Shown here one piece after another: positions 9,662 to 18,706 of a stretch of DNA of 64,000 nucleotides. Positions within the stretch are counted from its first letter, which is position 1, and every line of letters begins with the position of its first letter. The notes under the pieces are model-generated. The model did not search any database, had not been told where the DNA came from, and saw nothing but the letters and a program-made list of their open reading frames with translations. The position numbers and the translations under genes are program-made. This stretch comes from Candidatus Daviesbacteria bacterium GW2011_GWA1_41_61 (GTDB lineage Bacteria > Patescibacteriota > Microgenomatia > Daviesbacterales > UBA10151): contig LCBT01000003.1 in the NCBI GenBank assembly GCA_000997385.1, forward strand, positions 64,892-128,891, in the 5' to 3' direction.

Positions 9662-10321
9662 ATGGGGGAGCAAGATTTAAAACAGGAAATACAGATTAAT
9701 GCTGACGGGATAATAATAAATGGATCTTTGACTCTACCCCAGAAAGCCCGGGGGATAGTTGTCTTTGCTCATGGTAGCGGCAGCAGCAGGTTTAGTCCCA
9801 GAAATAAATTTGTGGCCTCTAAGCTTAATAAGACAGACATTGCCACCTTACTGATAGATTTATTAACAGAAGAGGAAGAAAGAGTTGATGAGGAAACCCG
9901 AGAATATCGTTTTAATATTGATCTTTTAGCCAGCCGTCTGGTTTATGCTACGCATTTTGTCAATCAATCCGTAAGCCCCAAGGGGTTAAAAGTGGGATAC
10001 TTTGGGGCCAGTACCGGGGCGGCAGCTGCCTTGGTAGCAGCAGCTCAACTTCCTGAAGGGACTTCGGCCATAGTCTCAAGAGGTGGCAGGCCTGATTTGG
10101 CCGGAGAAGCATTAGGCAGAGTAAAAGCTCCAGTTCTTTTACTGGTAGGCGGAGAAGATTATCAGGTGATTGATTTAAATAAACAAACTTTAAAAAAGTT
10201 AACTCAAGTTAAAAACAAAGAGTTGGTTATTATTCCAGGAGCAACTCATCTTTTTGAAGAACCGGGCAAGCTTGAAGATGTAGCAAGTTATGCTGCCTCC
10301 TGGTTTAAAAAGTATTTATGA
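9662..10321 (+). CDS. Dienelactone hydrolase-family alpha/beta hydrolase
   Basis: VVFAHGSGSS, nucleophile elbow GASTG, C-terminal GATHLF. Confidence 0.65.
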   Translation: MGEQDLKQEIQINADGIIINGSLTLPQKARGIVVFAHGSGSSRFSPRNKFVASKLNKTDIATLLIDLLTEEEERVDEETREYRFNIDLLASRLVYATHFVNQSVSPKGLKVGYFGASTGAAAALVAAAQLPEGTSAIVSRGGRPDLAGEALGRVKAPVLLLVGGEDYQVIDLNKQTLKKLTQVKNKELVIIPGATHLFEEPGKLEDVASYAASWFKKYL

Positions 10322-11220
10322 AAATTTTACTTGTTGGTGATGTGATGTTAGGAAGGTTAGTAAACGAGGTGTTAAAACATGAACCTCCTGGGTATCCTTG
10401 GGGTGATACTTCAGCTATTTTTAAAAAAGCAGACCTTCGAATCTGTAATTTAGAATGTGTCATTTCCGATAAAGGGCAACCTTGGACTATTACCCCCAAA
10501 ATTTCTTTGGCTAATAATCATGTCTTGGATTATGAAGAAGAGGCTTTATTAGATATGTTAGAGACCCTGGACCGTAATAATATTGAGTACGCTGGAGCAG
10601 GTATTAGTTTTGTAGAAGCATCATCTGTAGCAGTTTCTGATAAGATAGGGATGATCGCTTTTACTGATAACGAACCGGAATGGGAGATAGGAGATCAGCC
10701 GGGTGTTTTTTATGTCCCTATTGATCTAGAAGATAAGCGGGCGAAAGTTCTAATACATCAGATTAAAGAGGCTAAAAAAGATGTGGATTTTTTAATTGTT
10801 TCAGCTCACTGGGGTCCTAATTGGGGATATAGGCCACAGCCGGGCCATCTTCCCTTCGCTAAGGCTTTAATTGACGCCGGGGGAGATTTAATTTTTGGCC
10901 ATTCCTGTCATGTCTTTCAGGGTATAGAAATCTACAACAGCAAGCCCATCCTTTATTCAACGGGGAATTTTATTGATGATTATGCGGTTGATGAAGTTGA
11001 AAGAAATGATCAATCGTTTATCTTTTTAGTGGAAACTGAAGGGAGAAAAATAGTAAGGCTTAAACTTTACCCCACTGTCATCAGAAATATGCAGGCCTGC
11101 CTTGCTAAAGAACCAGAGCTTAAGGAGATTGTCTTTAAGATGATTGAGCTTTGTGATGAGTTTGGTACAAAAACAATTTGGCATGATAAAGATAGGTATC
11201 TTGAAATACAAATACGATGA
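10318..11220 (+). CDS. CapA/PgsA-family metallophosphatase
   Basis: N-terminal MKILLVGDVMLGR, NLECVISD, SAHWGPNWGY. Confidence 0.7.
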   Translation: MKILLVGDVMLGRLVNEVLKHEPPGYPWGDTSAIFKKADLRICNLECVISDKGQPWTITPKISLANNHVLDYEEEALLDMLETLDRNNIEYAGAGISFVEASSVAVSDKIGMIAFTDNEPEWEIGDQPGVFYVPIDLEDKRAKVLIHQIKEAKKDVDFLIVSAHWGPNWGYRPQPGHLPFAKALIDAGGDLIFGHSCHVFQGIEIYNSKPILYSTGNFIDDYAVDEVERNDQSFIFLVETEGRKIVRLKLYPTVIRNMQACLAKEPELKEIVFKMIELCDEFGTKTIWHDKDRYLEIQIR

Positions 11221-11485
11221 AAGAAAAAAGAAAATTACCTCCAGGGATTTGGGGATAGATTTGCAGTCTCAAAAAGAGCAAGAATTTTTTTAAGAGATTT
11301 AAAGAAAATAGGAAATTACCAAAAGTAAATCCCTTGCAGAAAGAGGCCAAGATATGTCTTTAAAAATAGGAATAGCGGGAACAGAACAAATCATATTGAG
11401 GCTAATTACATACCATTACCACCTAAATCCACCTTGTAAAGTTTCTATATTGCATTTTCTGGAGGAACTTCTTATTATTAAATGC

Positions 11486-11508
11486 AAGCTGCCGATGCAG
11501 CTTTTTTT
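11486..11508 (+). terminator. Intrinsic terminator-like hairpin in the purN leader
   Basis: 7 bp stem AAGCTGC/GCAGCTT with loop CGAT and a T-run after it. It ends 17 nt upstream of the purN start. Confidence 0.45.
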
Positions 11509-11524
11509 GTAAATTGAGATTAAG

Positions 11525-12253
11525 ATGAGAGAAAGATTAGCAACATTAATTTCTGGTAGTGGAACTACAACGCAAGAGATCATCAGAGCTTGCCAATCCG
11601 GAGAAATCCCCATGGATGTGGCTTTAGTTATCTCCAGTAACACTACAGCCGGTGGTATAGAAAAAGCCAGAAGATTAGGTATCCCAGATCATGACATTGT
11701 AGTTGTAAATCCTAATGATTTTCGTGGTGGAGATGGAAAGGTAGACCAAGAAGGTTTTGGTTTACAAATCCTTAAGAACGTAAAAGAACGAGGAGTAACT
11801 GTAGTAACCCAAAATGGTTGGTTGCCTCTTACTCCAAGGGTTGTTATAGATCAATATCCTGAAACAATGTTTAACCAACATCCTGGCCCAGTACCGGAAT
11901 TTGGCGGGAAAGGAGTGTATGGCAGACGGGTTCATGCTGCTAGATTGTTATTTACAAGACTCACCGGGAGAGATAACTGGACTGAAGCGATTGGCCAAAG
12001 AGTGCACAGCGAATATGACCAAGGTTTGGTTGTTAAAGCTACTCGGGTTGAAATTTTGCCAGAGGATACTGTAGATGACTTACAACAACGAGTCTTGCCT
12101 ATAGAACATAGGGTTCAAATAGATTTATTAAAAGATGTTGCTAAAGGAAATATAAGAGAGCTTACAGGAGGAGAAAAGCTAGTAAGACCAGGAGAGGAGC
12201 AGACTTTATCCTTGGCTAAGAAAATAGCAAGGTTAATGTATCCTCACGGATAA
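11525..12253 (+). CDS. purN: Phosphoribosylglycinamide formyltransferase-like (PurN family), unusually long
   Basis: N-terminal LISGSGTT..II pattern, formyltransferase NQHPGPVPEFGG segment. Heads a purN-purQ-purL cluster. Confidence 0.65.
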   Translation: MRERLATLISGSGTTTQEIIRACQSGEIPMDVALVISSNTTAGGIEKARRLGIPDHDIVVVNPNDFRGGDGKVDQEGFGLQILKNVKERGVTVVTQNGWLPLTPRVVIDQYPETMFNQHPGPVPEFGGKGVYGRRVHAARLLFTRLTGRDNWTEAIGQRVHSEYDQGLVVKATRVEILPEDTVDDLQQRVLPIEHRVQIDLLKDVAKGNIRELTGGEKLVRPGEEQTLSLAKKIARLMYPHG

Positions 12254-12260
12254 ATGTCTT

Positions 12261-13004
12261 ATGGCAATTCAAGAAGTTAGAGTGGGATTTATAGAAAAAG
12301 ATATAAGAGGCGGAGAGCAACCTTTGGAGGTGGTAGTAGTTCGATATCCAGGTTCAAATTGTGACTTTGATACTCTTAAGTTTTTCCATCGCGGAGGACA
12401 TAATGCTAGGTTCCTCTGGCATAAAGATACTATAGTGCCGAAGGCTGATTTATTGGTTTTGTGTGGCGGCTTTGCCTTTGGTGACCGTGAGTACGAAAGA
12501 GCAACCGGTGAGTATAGAATGAACCCGGGAGCCCGAGCTTTAAAAAGCCCAGTGATGGAAGTTATTGATCAATGGGCAAAAGACGAGCGACCAATTTTAG
12601 GAATCTGTAACGGATTTCAAATTCTTTGTCATGCGGGACTATTACCAGGAAAATTAGAGCACAATGAGAGAGGAAAATTTTTCTGTGATGATGTTGATGT
12701 AGCAGTGGAAGGTCGGTCTTTCTTTAATTCCCCTGATTTATCAGGGAATGTTTACCCGATTAATATTGCTCATGGTTATGGCCGGTATGAAGTTACCGCA
12801 GAAGAGTACGCTGGATTAATGGCTAACAAACAAGTCTTTTTGCGATATCAAGGTTTTAATCCTAACGGTTCAGTGGAAAATATTGCCGGTGTTTGTAATA
12901 AAGATGGCAATATCTGGGCAATGATGCCTCATCCAGAAAGAATTGTTAGTTTAGAAACTAAAAGAGTTTTTTTGGAGGCAATCAAAAAATATGTCAGAAG
13001 CTAA
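12261..13004 (+). CDS. purQ: Phosphoribosylformylglycinamidine synthase, glutaminase subunit
   Basis: Class I GATase triad context: LCGGFAFGD, GICNGFQIL, HPER. Confidence 0.85.
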   Translation: MAIQEVRVGFIEKDIRGGEQPLEVVVVRYPGSNCDFDTLKFFHRGGHNARFLWHKDTIVPKADLLVLCGGFAFGDREYERATGEYRMNPGARALKSPVMEVIDQWAKDERPILGICNGFQILCHAGLLPGKLEHNERGKFFCDDVDVAVEGRSFFNSPDLSGNVYPINIAHGYGRYEVTAEEYAGLMANKQVFLRYQGFNPNGSVENIAGVCNKDGNIWAMMPHPERIVSLETKRVFLEAIKKYVRS

Positions 13005-14556
13005 AACCAAATTTGCTGAGATGTCGATAGAGGAAGCTATACGGGATACTATGCACAGCGAACACTGCAGCTATAAAAGTACCCGTAAATTTTTGGCGGG
13101 ACTGCACACTACCGGCGAACACATTATCCAAGGACCAGGTGAGAATGCCGGAATATTGGATTTGGGGCAGGGGTTAGCTTTGGCTTTGAGAATTGAAAGT
13201 CATAACCATCCGTCGCATGTAAAACCTGCAGAAGGAGCAGCAACTGGTGTGGGTGGTATTATACGCGATATTTTTACCATGGGAGCTAGGCCAATTGCTC
13301 TGCTTGATAATTTAAGATTTGGAGCCGATCAGCGGGCTACCTGGCTCTTAAGGGGAGTAGCGGAAGGTATTTCCCGTTATGGCAATTGTATTGGGATTCC
13401 GGTCGTGGGGGGAGAAATTTTTTTTGACCGGACTTATAACGGCAACTGTTTGGTCAATGTTTGTTGTATGGGTTTAGTTCCACAGAAAAATATAATTTAT
13501 GGTAACGCTTTAACTACTGACAGTGATTTAATCTACGTCGGGGCGAGGACAGGACGTGATGGAATGGGGGGAGCTAGTTTTGCTTCCAAGACTTTTCAAG
13601 AAGACGCTCCGAGGGATGAAAAGGCGATTCAGGATGACGATCCTTTCTTGGAAAAATTATTATTGGAAGCTTGTGTTGAGTTGGCCGAAACTAACTGGTT
13701 GGAAGGGATGCAGGATATGGGAGCGGCAGGATTACTTTGTTCTACTACTGAAGTGATTCATCGCGGCCAGAAAAAGACAGGTTTACCGCTTGGCGCGATA
13801 GTTGATCTTGATCTTATACCGGCAAAAGCGGGGGGCATGACGCCGCCGGAATTTTTGTGTTCCGAGTCTCAAGAGAGAATGATGGTTGTTGGCAAAAGAC
13901 CTTACCGGGAAAGAATATTGGAAAAATTTACAAATTGGGATCTTGAAGCGGTGGTAGTGGGAGAAGTTACTTTGGACGGTAAATATACTTTGCTATATAC
14001 AGAAAATGGTCAACGAAAAGCTACGGCGATGAGTATTAAAGAAATTTGCGAGCCGATTGACCAGGAATGGCCACTGACTCCTTGGCGAACTCAAGGAGGG
14101 GAATATCGTAAGGCTTCTAAGTCAACGATAGCCTCGGTTTGGCATCAATACGACTGGCGGGTGGGAACCAGAACAATAAAGGGGCCAAACGAGCCAGGAC
14201 ATTTTGCAGTTTTGGATATCGATGAAATCGGTAAAGATTTAGTGGTTGCCTGGTCCTCCGATGAAGGAAGGTCGGATGTAAATCCTCGGATAGGTATAGA
14301 ATATGCTTTCCAAAAAGCTTACCGGCACATTAAAGATCAGGGTGCTAAACCATTAGGGCTAACTAATTGTTTAAACTTTGGATACCCAGCTGATTCAATG
14401 GGAGCTTTTGCCGAAACAGTGGAAGGATTGAGTAGTATTTGCCGGCAATATGAGGTTCCAGTAGTGAGTGGCAATGTTTCGCTTTATAACGGCACCGGAG
14501 AACACTCAATTAAACCAACGCCAATTTTGGTTATGGTTGGAATTAAGGATAAATAG
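12991..14556 (+). CDS. purL: Phosphoribosylformylglycinamidine synthase II (PurL), apparently 3'-truncated (521 aa)
   Basis: AIRS-domain motifs GENAGILDLG, ESHNHPS, GVGGIIRD. Second-repeat motifs TNCLNFGYP..VPVVSGNVSLYN. Stops right after PTPILVMVGI, where full-length PurL carries about 180 more residues. Confidence 0.75.
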   Translation: MSEAKTKFAEMSIEEAIRDTMHSEHCSYKSTRKFLAGLHTTGEHIIQGPGENAGILDLGQGLALALRIESHNHPSHVKPAEGAATGVGGIIRDIFTMGARPIALLDNLRFGADQRATWLLRGVAEGISRYGNCIGIPVVGGEIFFDRTYNGNCLVNVCCMGLVPQKNIIYGNALTTDSDLIYVGARTGRDGMGGASFASKTFQEDAPRDEKAIQDDDPFLEKLLLEACVELAETNWLEGMQDMGAAGLLCSTTEVIHRGQKKTGLPLGAIVDLDLIPAKAGGMTPPEFLCSESQERMMVVGKRPYRERILEKFTNWDLEAVVVGEVTLDGKYTLLYTENGQRKATAMSIKEICEPIDQEWPLTPWRTQGGEYRKASKSTIASVWHQYDWRVGTRTIKGPNEPGHFAVLDIDEIGKDLVVAWSSDEGRSDVNPRIGIEYAFQKAYRHIKDQGAKPLGLTNCLNFGYPADSMGAFAETVEGLSSICRQYEVPVVSGNVSLYNGTGEHSIKPTPILVMVGIKDK

Positions 14557-14706
14557 CCAATTGGTGATTGGAGATAAAATAAAGATATCAGTAAACCTCA
14601 AGGTTTACCTTTATTTGAAGGGATGGTATCTTATGCTAAAGGGAGTTGAGAATAGATGGAAAGAGTAAATAAACCACTTTTATCTATTCCTGATAGAATC
14701 TAAACC

Positions 14707-15807
14707 ATGTCGTCGGTCAAATGCGGAATAGTTGGACTTCCTAATGTGGGGAAAAGTACTTTATTTAATGCCCTTTTGAAAAAGAGGGTGGCGCTTAGTG
14801 CTAATTATCCTTTTGCTACTATCGAGCCTAATGTGGGGGTGGTGGTGGTGCCTGATCAGAAGCTAAATGAACTGGCAGAGCTAGTGAAAGATGAGGAGAA
14901 GATGGATTATTTGCCACCGCTTGTGCCAGCTGTTGTTGAATTTGTAGACATAGCCGGGCTGGTTAAAGGAGCTCATCAAGGAGCAGGTTTAGGAAATCAA
15001 TTTTTATCTCATATCAGGGAAGTAGATGCCATTATTCATGTTTTAAGAGATTTCCAGGATGAAGATGTGATCCGTGAGGGTTCAGAAAATCCCGATGCTG
15101 ATAAGTTAACCATAGAAACAGAGTTAGCTTTGGCAGATTTACAAACCCTGGAAAAGTTAGTAGCAGCCCAGGAAAAGGAAATTAGGGCTGCTAAAGATCC
15201 AATTGAACAGAAAAAACTGGAGATTCTAAATGTTATTAAAAAGAATCTGGAAGACGGAAAAGTTTTGGGCCATTACGAGATGGGAGATGAAAGGTTAAAA
15301 AGTTGGTTTGAACACTTACCGCTTTTAACTATTAAACCCATTCTTTATGTCTACAATGTTTCTGAAGGTGAATATAAAGAAAAAATTGATCAGGGAAATG
15401 TAAATGAAAATGAGATAGTTATCAGTGCCAAGCTTGAGGAAGAACTGGCTGATTATTCAGAAGAAGAAAGAAAAGAGTATTTGCATGAGCTGGGGATTGA
15501 AGAAACTGGTTTAGAAAGGCTTATTAAAAAAGCCTATGAACTTTTGGGACTTATTTCCTTTTTAACTGCTGGGAAAAAAGAGGTCCGGGCTTGGACTATT
15601 AAAAAAGGAACTAAAACTCCTCAGGCAGCAGGTGTGATTCACACTGATTTTGAGAAAGGTTTTATCAGAGCTCAGGTAATAGAATATGAAAAGCTAATAG
15701 AAGCTGGTTCTTATACTAAAGCCAAACAGCTAGGTTGGATCAGAACTGAAGGTAAGGGTTATGAGGTTAAAGATGGAGATGCTATTGAATTTTTGGTGAG
15801 TAGCTAG
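14707..15807 (+). CDS. ychF: Ribosome-binding ATPase YchF (Obg-family GTPase)
   Basis: G1 motif GIVGLPNVGKSTLFNAL, DIAGLV, C-terminal TGS domain. Confidence 0.9.
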   Translation: MSSVKCGIVGLPNVGKSTLFNALLKKRVALSANYPFATIEPNVGVVVVPDQKLNELAELVKDEEKMDYLPPLVPAVVEFVDIAGLVKGAHQGAGLGNQFLSHIREVDAIIHVLRDFQDEDVIREGSENPDADKLTIETELALADLQTLEKLVAAQEKEIRAAKDPIEQKKLEILNVIKKNLEDGKVLGHYEMGDERLKSWFEHLPLLTIKPILYVYNVSEGEYKEKIDQGNVNENEIVISAKLEEELADYSEEERKEYLHELGIEETGLERLIKKAYELLGLISFLTAGKKEVRAWTIKKGTKTPQAAGVIHTDFEKGFIRAQVIEYEKLIEAGSYTKAKQLGWIRTEGKGYEVKDGDAIEFLVSS

Positions 15808-16805
15808 TCTATTTGTTTATTTGATTCATACCACACTCCTTTAGTAGTACCTCTTTTTTTAACTAACCCTCGATCTGTTAAATGTTTTAAATCAAACCTT
15901 AAGGTTCTTTCGCTAACTGCTAAAAACCTTCTTCTAATGGTGTCAAAGTTAACTATTTTATGATCCTTAATGATGTTAAAAATTTCAGCCCGGCGAGGAA
16001 GTAGCAAATCTGTAACTTCAACCTTTTTCTTTTCCAAAACTTGAGTTTTGGCTTCCTCAGCTGTTTGAGATATCGCTTCCAACATAAACTCCAGATAATC
16101 TGTGACATCTTTCTCGGTAGCTTCTAGTGCTCGGTAATACTCACTCCGGTGGTTGTCCAGATATTCTTCTATTGAAAGTAAGCCTTTCATCCCATAACCT
16201 CCTTTTATTAAAACCATTTGTAAAAAAAGCCTGCCAACCCTCCCATTACCATCTAAAAAGGGATGGATTTTCTCAAAGATGTAATGGCCTAGGCAGGCTC
16301 TGGTTGGTACAAAGGATTCTTTATTACTGTTGGTAAGCTTAACTAAACGTTCCGTTAAAGGTAAAATCTTGTTTGGTTTGGGAGGGAGGTAAATGGCAAT
16401 GCCAGCACTATTAAAAATAGCTTCCAAGTTGGTTCTAAACTTGCCCAGATCTATTTTCTCCACTAGCCCTTCCATGACTATTTTATGTAGTTCAAGGATA
16501 TCTTTAACGGTTACATCCCGGTGTTTCCTTTGATGGATCCAATTTAGGGCCTTTAAAATGTTAAAAACTTCCATCTTCTTTTGGTCTTTAGAAGAAGACA
16601 TTTGTAGCTCATTTAAAGTTAGGGTATTACCCTCAATACGGGCAGAAAAAAGTGAACTTTTTAAAGTAGATGTTCTTCTGATATTTTGTTCAATTTCTGG
16701 AGGGATATCTACATAGTTGATCACTTCTTTACATGCTTCAATAGTCTGGAGAAATTGAGAAATTTTAGGAGTCAGGAAGTATTTTGGAGGGATTACCATA
16801 AACAT
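15804..16805 (-). CDS. Fic-family protein (AMPylase-like) with C-terminal wHTH
   Basis: Canonical Fic motif HPFLDGNGRVGR. Convergent with ychF, divergent from rpsF. Confidence 0.85.
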   Translation of the reverse strand: MFMVIPPKYFLTPKISQFLQTIEACKEVINYVDIPPEIEQNIRRTSTLKSSLFSARIEGNTLTLNELQMSSSKDQKKMEVFNILKALNWIHQRKHRDVTVKDILELHKIVMEGLVEKIDLGKFRTNLEAIFNSAGIAIYLPPKPNKILPLTERLVKLTNSNKESFVPTRACLGHYIFEKIHPFLDGNGRVGRLFLQMVLIKGGYGMKGLLSIEEYLDNHRSEYYRALEATEKDVTDYLEFMLEAISQTAEEAKTQVLEKKKVEVTDLLLPRRAEIFNIIKDHKIVNFDTIRRRFLAVSERTLRFDLKHLTDRGLVKKRGTTKGVWYESNKQID

Positions 16806-16872
16806 CCTAATATTACCAGATATTGCCTAATACCACCAGATATTACCAAGAATTATCAGACAAATTTGCTGG

Positions 16873-16901
16873 TTGAATATTTAACTTATTCCTAGTAAAA
16901 T
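16873..16901 (+). promoter_or_regulatory. Candidate sigma70-like promoter for rpsF-ssb-rpsR
   Basis: TTGAAT, a 17 bp spacer and TAAAAT sit just upstream of the rpsF start. The preceding intergenic region carries two ACCAGATATT direct repeats. Confidence 0.3.
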
Positions 16902-16909
16902 CTTATCTC

Positions 16910-17179
16910 GTGAACAATTATGCTTTAACATTGGTATTAAAACCTGATGTAGAGGAAAAAGCCCGCAAGGAGCTTTTAGAATCTATGGCTAAAAAAATGG
17001 GAAAGAAAGAAAAAGAAGAGGAGTGGGGAGTAAGGGACTTGGCTTATCCTATTAAACACCAGAGGAAAGGTTATTTTCTTCATTACCAATTTTGTGTTGA
17101 ACCTAAAGATATTGCCCCGCTTGACAAAGCACTTAAATTAGACGAAGATATTTTGAGATATTTATTGGTTAGGGTTTAA
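16910..17179 (+). CDS. rpsF: 30S ribosomal protein S6
   Basis: S6 family (YALTLVLKPDVEE...), GTG start. rpsF-ssb-rpsR order is conserved. Confidence 0.85.
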   Translation: MNNYALTLVLKPDVEEKARKELLESMAKKMGKKEKEEEWGVRDLAYPIKHQRKGYFLHYQFCVEPKDIAPLDKALKLDEDILRYLLVRV

Positions 17180-17182
17180 TGT

Positions 17183-17698
17183 ATGGCTTCAAGATCCTGG
17201 AACAGAGTAGAATTAATAGGTAATCTTACAAGAGACCCCGAACTTCGATATACCCCAAACGGTGCAGCTGTGGCTACTTTTGGTATAGCTACCAACCGGA
17301 CTTATGTAGTAGAAGGTGAAAGAAAAGAAGAGGTATATTTCCACCGTTTAGTAGCCTGGAACAAGCTCGCTGAACTGTGTACCCAGCTTTTAAAAAAAGG
17401 TACCCGGGCTTTTATCTCCGGAAGATTACAATACCGGGAATGGGAAACTCAAGACGGTCAAAAAAGAAGAGATGCGGAAATTGTGATGGAAGACCTGATT
17501 GTTTTAACCAGCAGAAACGGCAGTTTTGCCGATGAAGAGATGGAAACGGAGGGCGGTTTAGAAAGCCCATCTGAAACTGCTAAAGCTGAAACAGGGCCTG
17601 CCAAAGAAACCGCTGAGAAAAGTGAAGCTAAAGAAAAGCCTGCGCCTAAAGCTTCCGCTGATGAAACTGTTTCTCCAGACGAAGACTTGCCCTTCTAG
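17183..17698 (+). CDS. ssb: Single-stranded DNA-binding protein
   Basis: OB-fold motif NRVELIGNLTRDPELRYTPNGAAVA. Acidic tail ends DEDLPF. Confidence 0.9.
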   Translation: MASRSWNRVELIGNLTRDPELRYTPNGAAVATFGIATNRTYVVEGERKEEVYFHRLVAWNKLAELCTQLLKKGTRAFISGRLQYREWETQDGQKRRDAEIVMEDLIVLTSRNGSFADEEMETEGGLESPSETAKAETGPAKETAEKSEAKEKPAPKASADETVSPDEDLPF

Positions 17699-17724
17699 TA
17701 TTTTTTAGATATAATCCTAAAGTT

Positions 17725-18039
17725 ATGCCAGTAATAAAGAAAGTCCAATCTAAAGTATCTTTTCCTTTAAAGGCAGTTGAAGAGACTGAAAAAGACGGGA
17801 AAGCAGAAGAAAAAACCACAGAAATCTCTCGGCCTAAGAAGGTCTGCCAGTTTTGTAAGGGGAAAATTGAACCTAAATATTGGGATGTGGTAACTTTAAG
17901 AAGATTCTTAAATGACCGAGGCAGAATTGTTTCCCGGGGACGGGGTGGATGCTGCGCTAAACACCAAAGACGTATCAGCCGGGAAATTAAAAGAGCCAGA
18001 CACTTAGCCCTCCTTCCCTTTACTGTCAGTGTGAGATAG
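17725..18039 (+). CDS. rpsR: 30S ribosomal protein S18 (with N-terminal extension)
   Basis: CQFCKG..IDYKD-like region and RGRIVSRGRGG..CAKHQRRISREIKRARHLALLP. Confidence 0.85.
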   Translation: MPVIKKVQSKVSFPLKAVEETEKDGKAEEKTTEISRPKKVCQFCKGKIEPKYWDVVTLRRFLNDRGRIVSRGRGGCCAKHQRRISREIKRARHLALLPFTVSVR

Positions 18040-18084
18040 TTTTTGGACTATCTGGACATACCTTAATCTGCTAAACTATAGTTA

Positions 18085-18705
18085 ATGCCCAGTTTCAAAA
18101 GTCTACTTGAATATTTCCCCCAGCTGGAATCCATTTATCCCGAGAAAGTTATACAGTGGCTAAAAGGTCAGGGCAGCGGGCAAATTTTGGAAAATGAGAT
18201 GGGCAACAGAATACTTTATCCTCAAACAATCCCTTTAAGTGAAAGAGAGCTGTTTTTAGAGATGGCTATTTTAAGAGAGGCTCTAAAGGTTCAGCCGTCA
18301 AAATATTATAACCGCAACCTCAATAGATTATTTATTGATGTGGATTTCTTAGAAAGATTTCCGGATGCTTCCAGTTTAGTCCAAGCCTTTGTTGATGCTT
18401 TACAACCTGTAGGTTTAGTCTCTTTGATTTTAAGATCTGAAAATGTTGGTTCAAAGAGTGTGGGGACCCTGCTTCGGCCCCGGATTTTAAAACCGGAGGG
18501 CAAAGTCACTCTGTGGGTGGGCAACCAAAAATATGACATTGAAATAGGCAGCTTTATAACTATACCCAGCAGCTTAAACCATCTCACTATTAAATTTGAT
18601 TCTCCGGTAGCCAAGATTTTAGACCATCATAAGCTGGTTGCCGAAGTATCTGGAGGGAGGCTGGGAGTGGTGGTGGATACCCGTGGTAAAGAAGTGGAAG
18701 TTTAA
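18085..18705 (+). CDS. Hypothetical protein (206 aa)
   Basis: ORF in an operon-like arrangement upstream of ctpA. No motifs recognised. Confidence 0.45.
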   Translation: MPSFKSLLEYFPQLESIYPEKVIQWLKGQGSGQILENEMGNRILYPQTIPLSERELFLEMAILREALKVQPSKYYNRNLNRLFIDVDFLERFPDASSLVQAFVDALQPVGLVSLILRSENVGSKSVGTLLRPRILKPEGKVTLWVGNQKYDIEIGSFITIPSSLNHLTIKFDSPVAKILDHHKLVAEVSGGRLGVVVDTRGKEVEV

Positions 18706-18706
18706 G

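Noticed and set aside
11354-11511. 57-codon ORF in the purN leader (MSLKIGIAGTEQ...)
   Set aside because: It has no ribosome-binding site and its composition is low-complexity. It ends in the terminator hairpin and probably reflects the structured leader rather than a gene.
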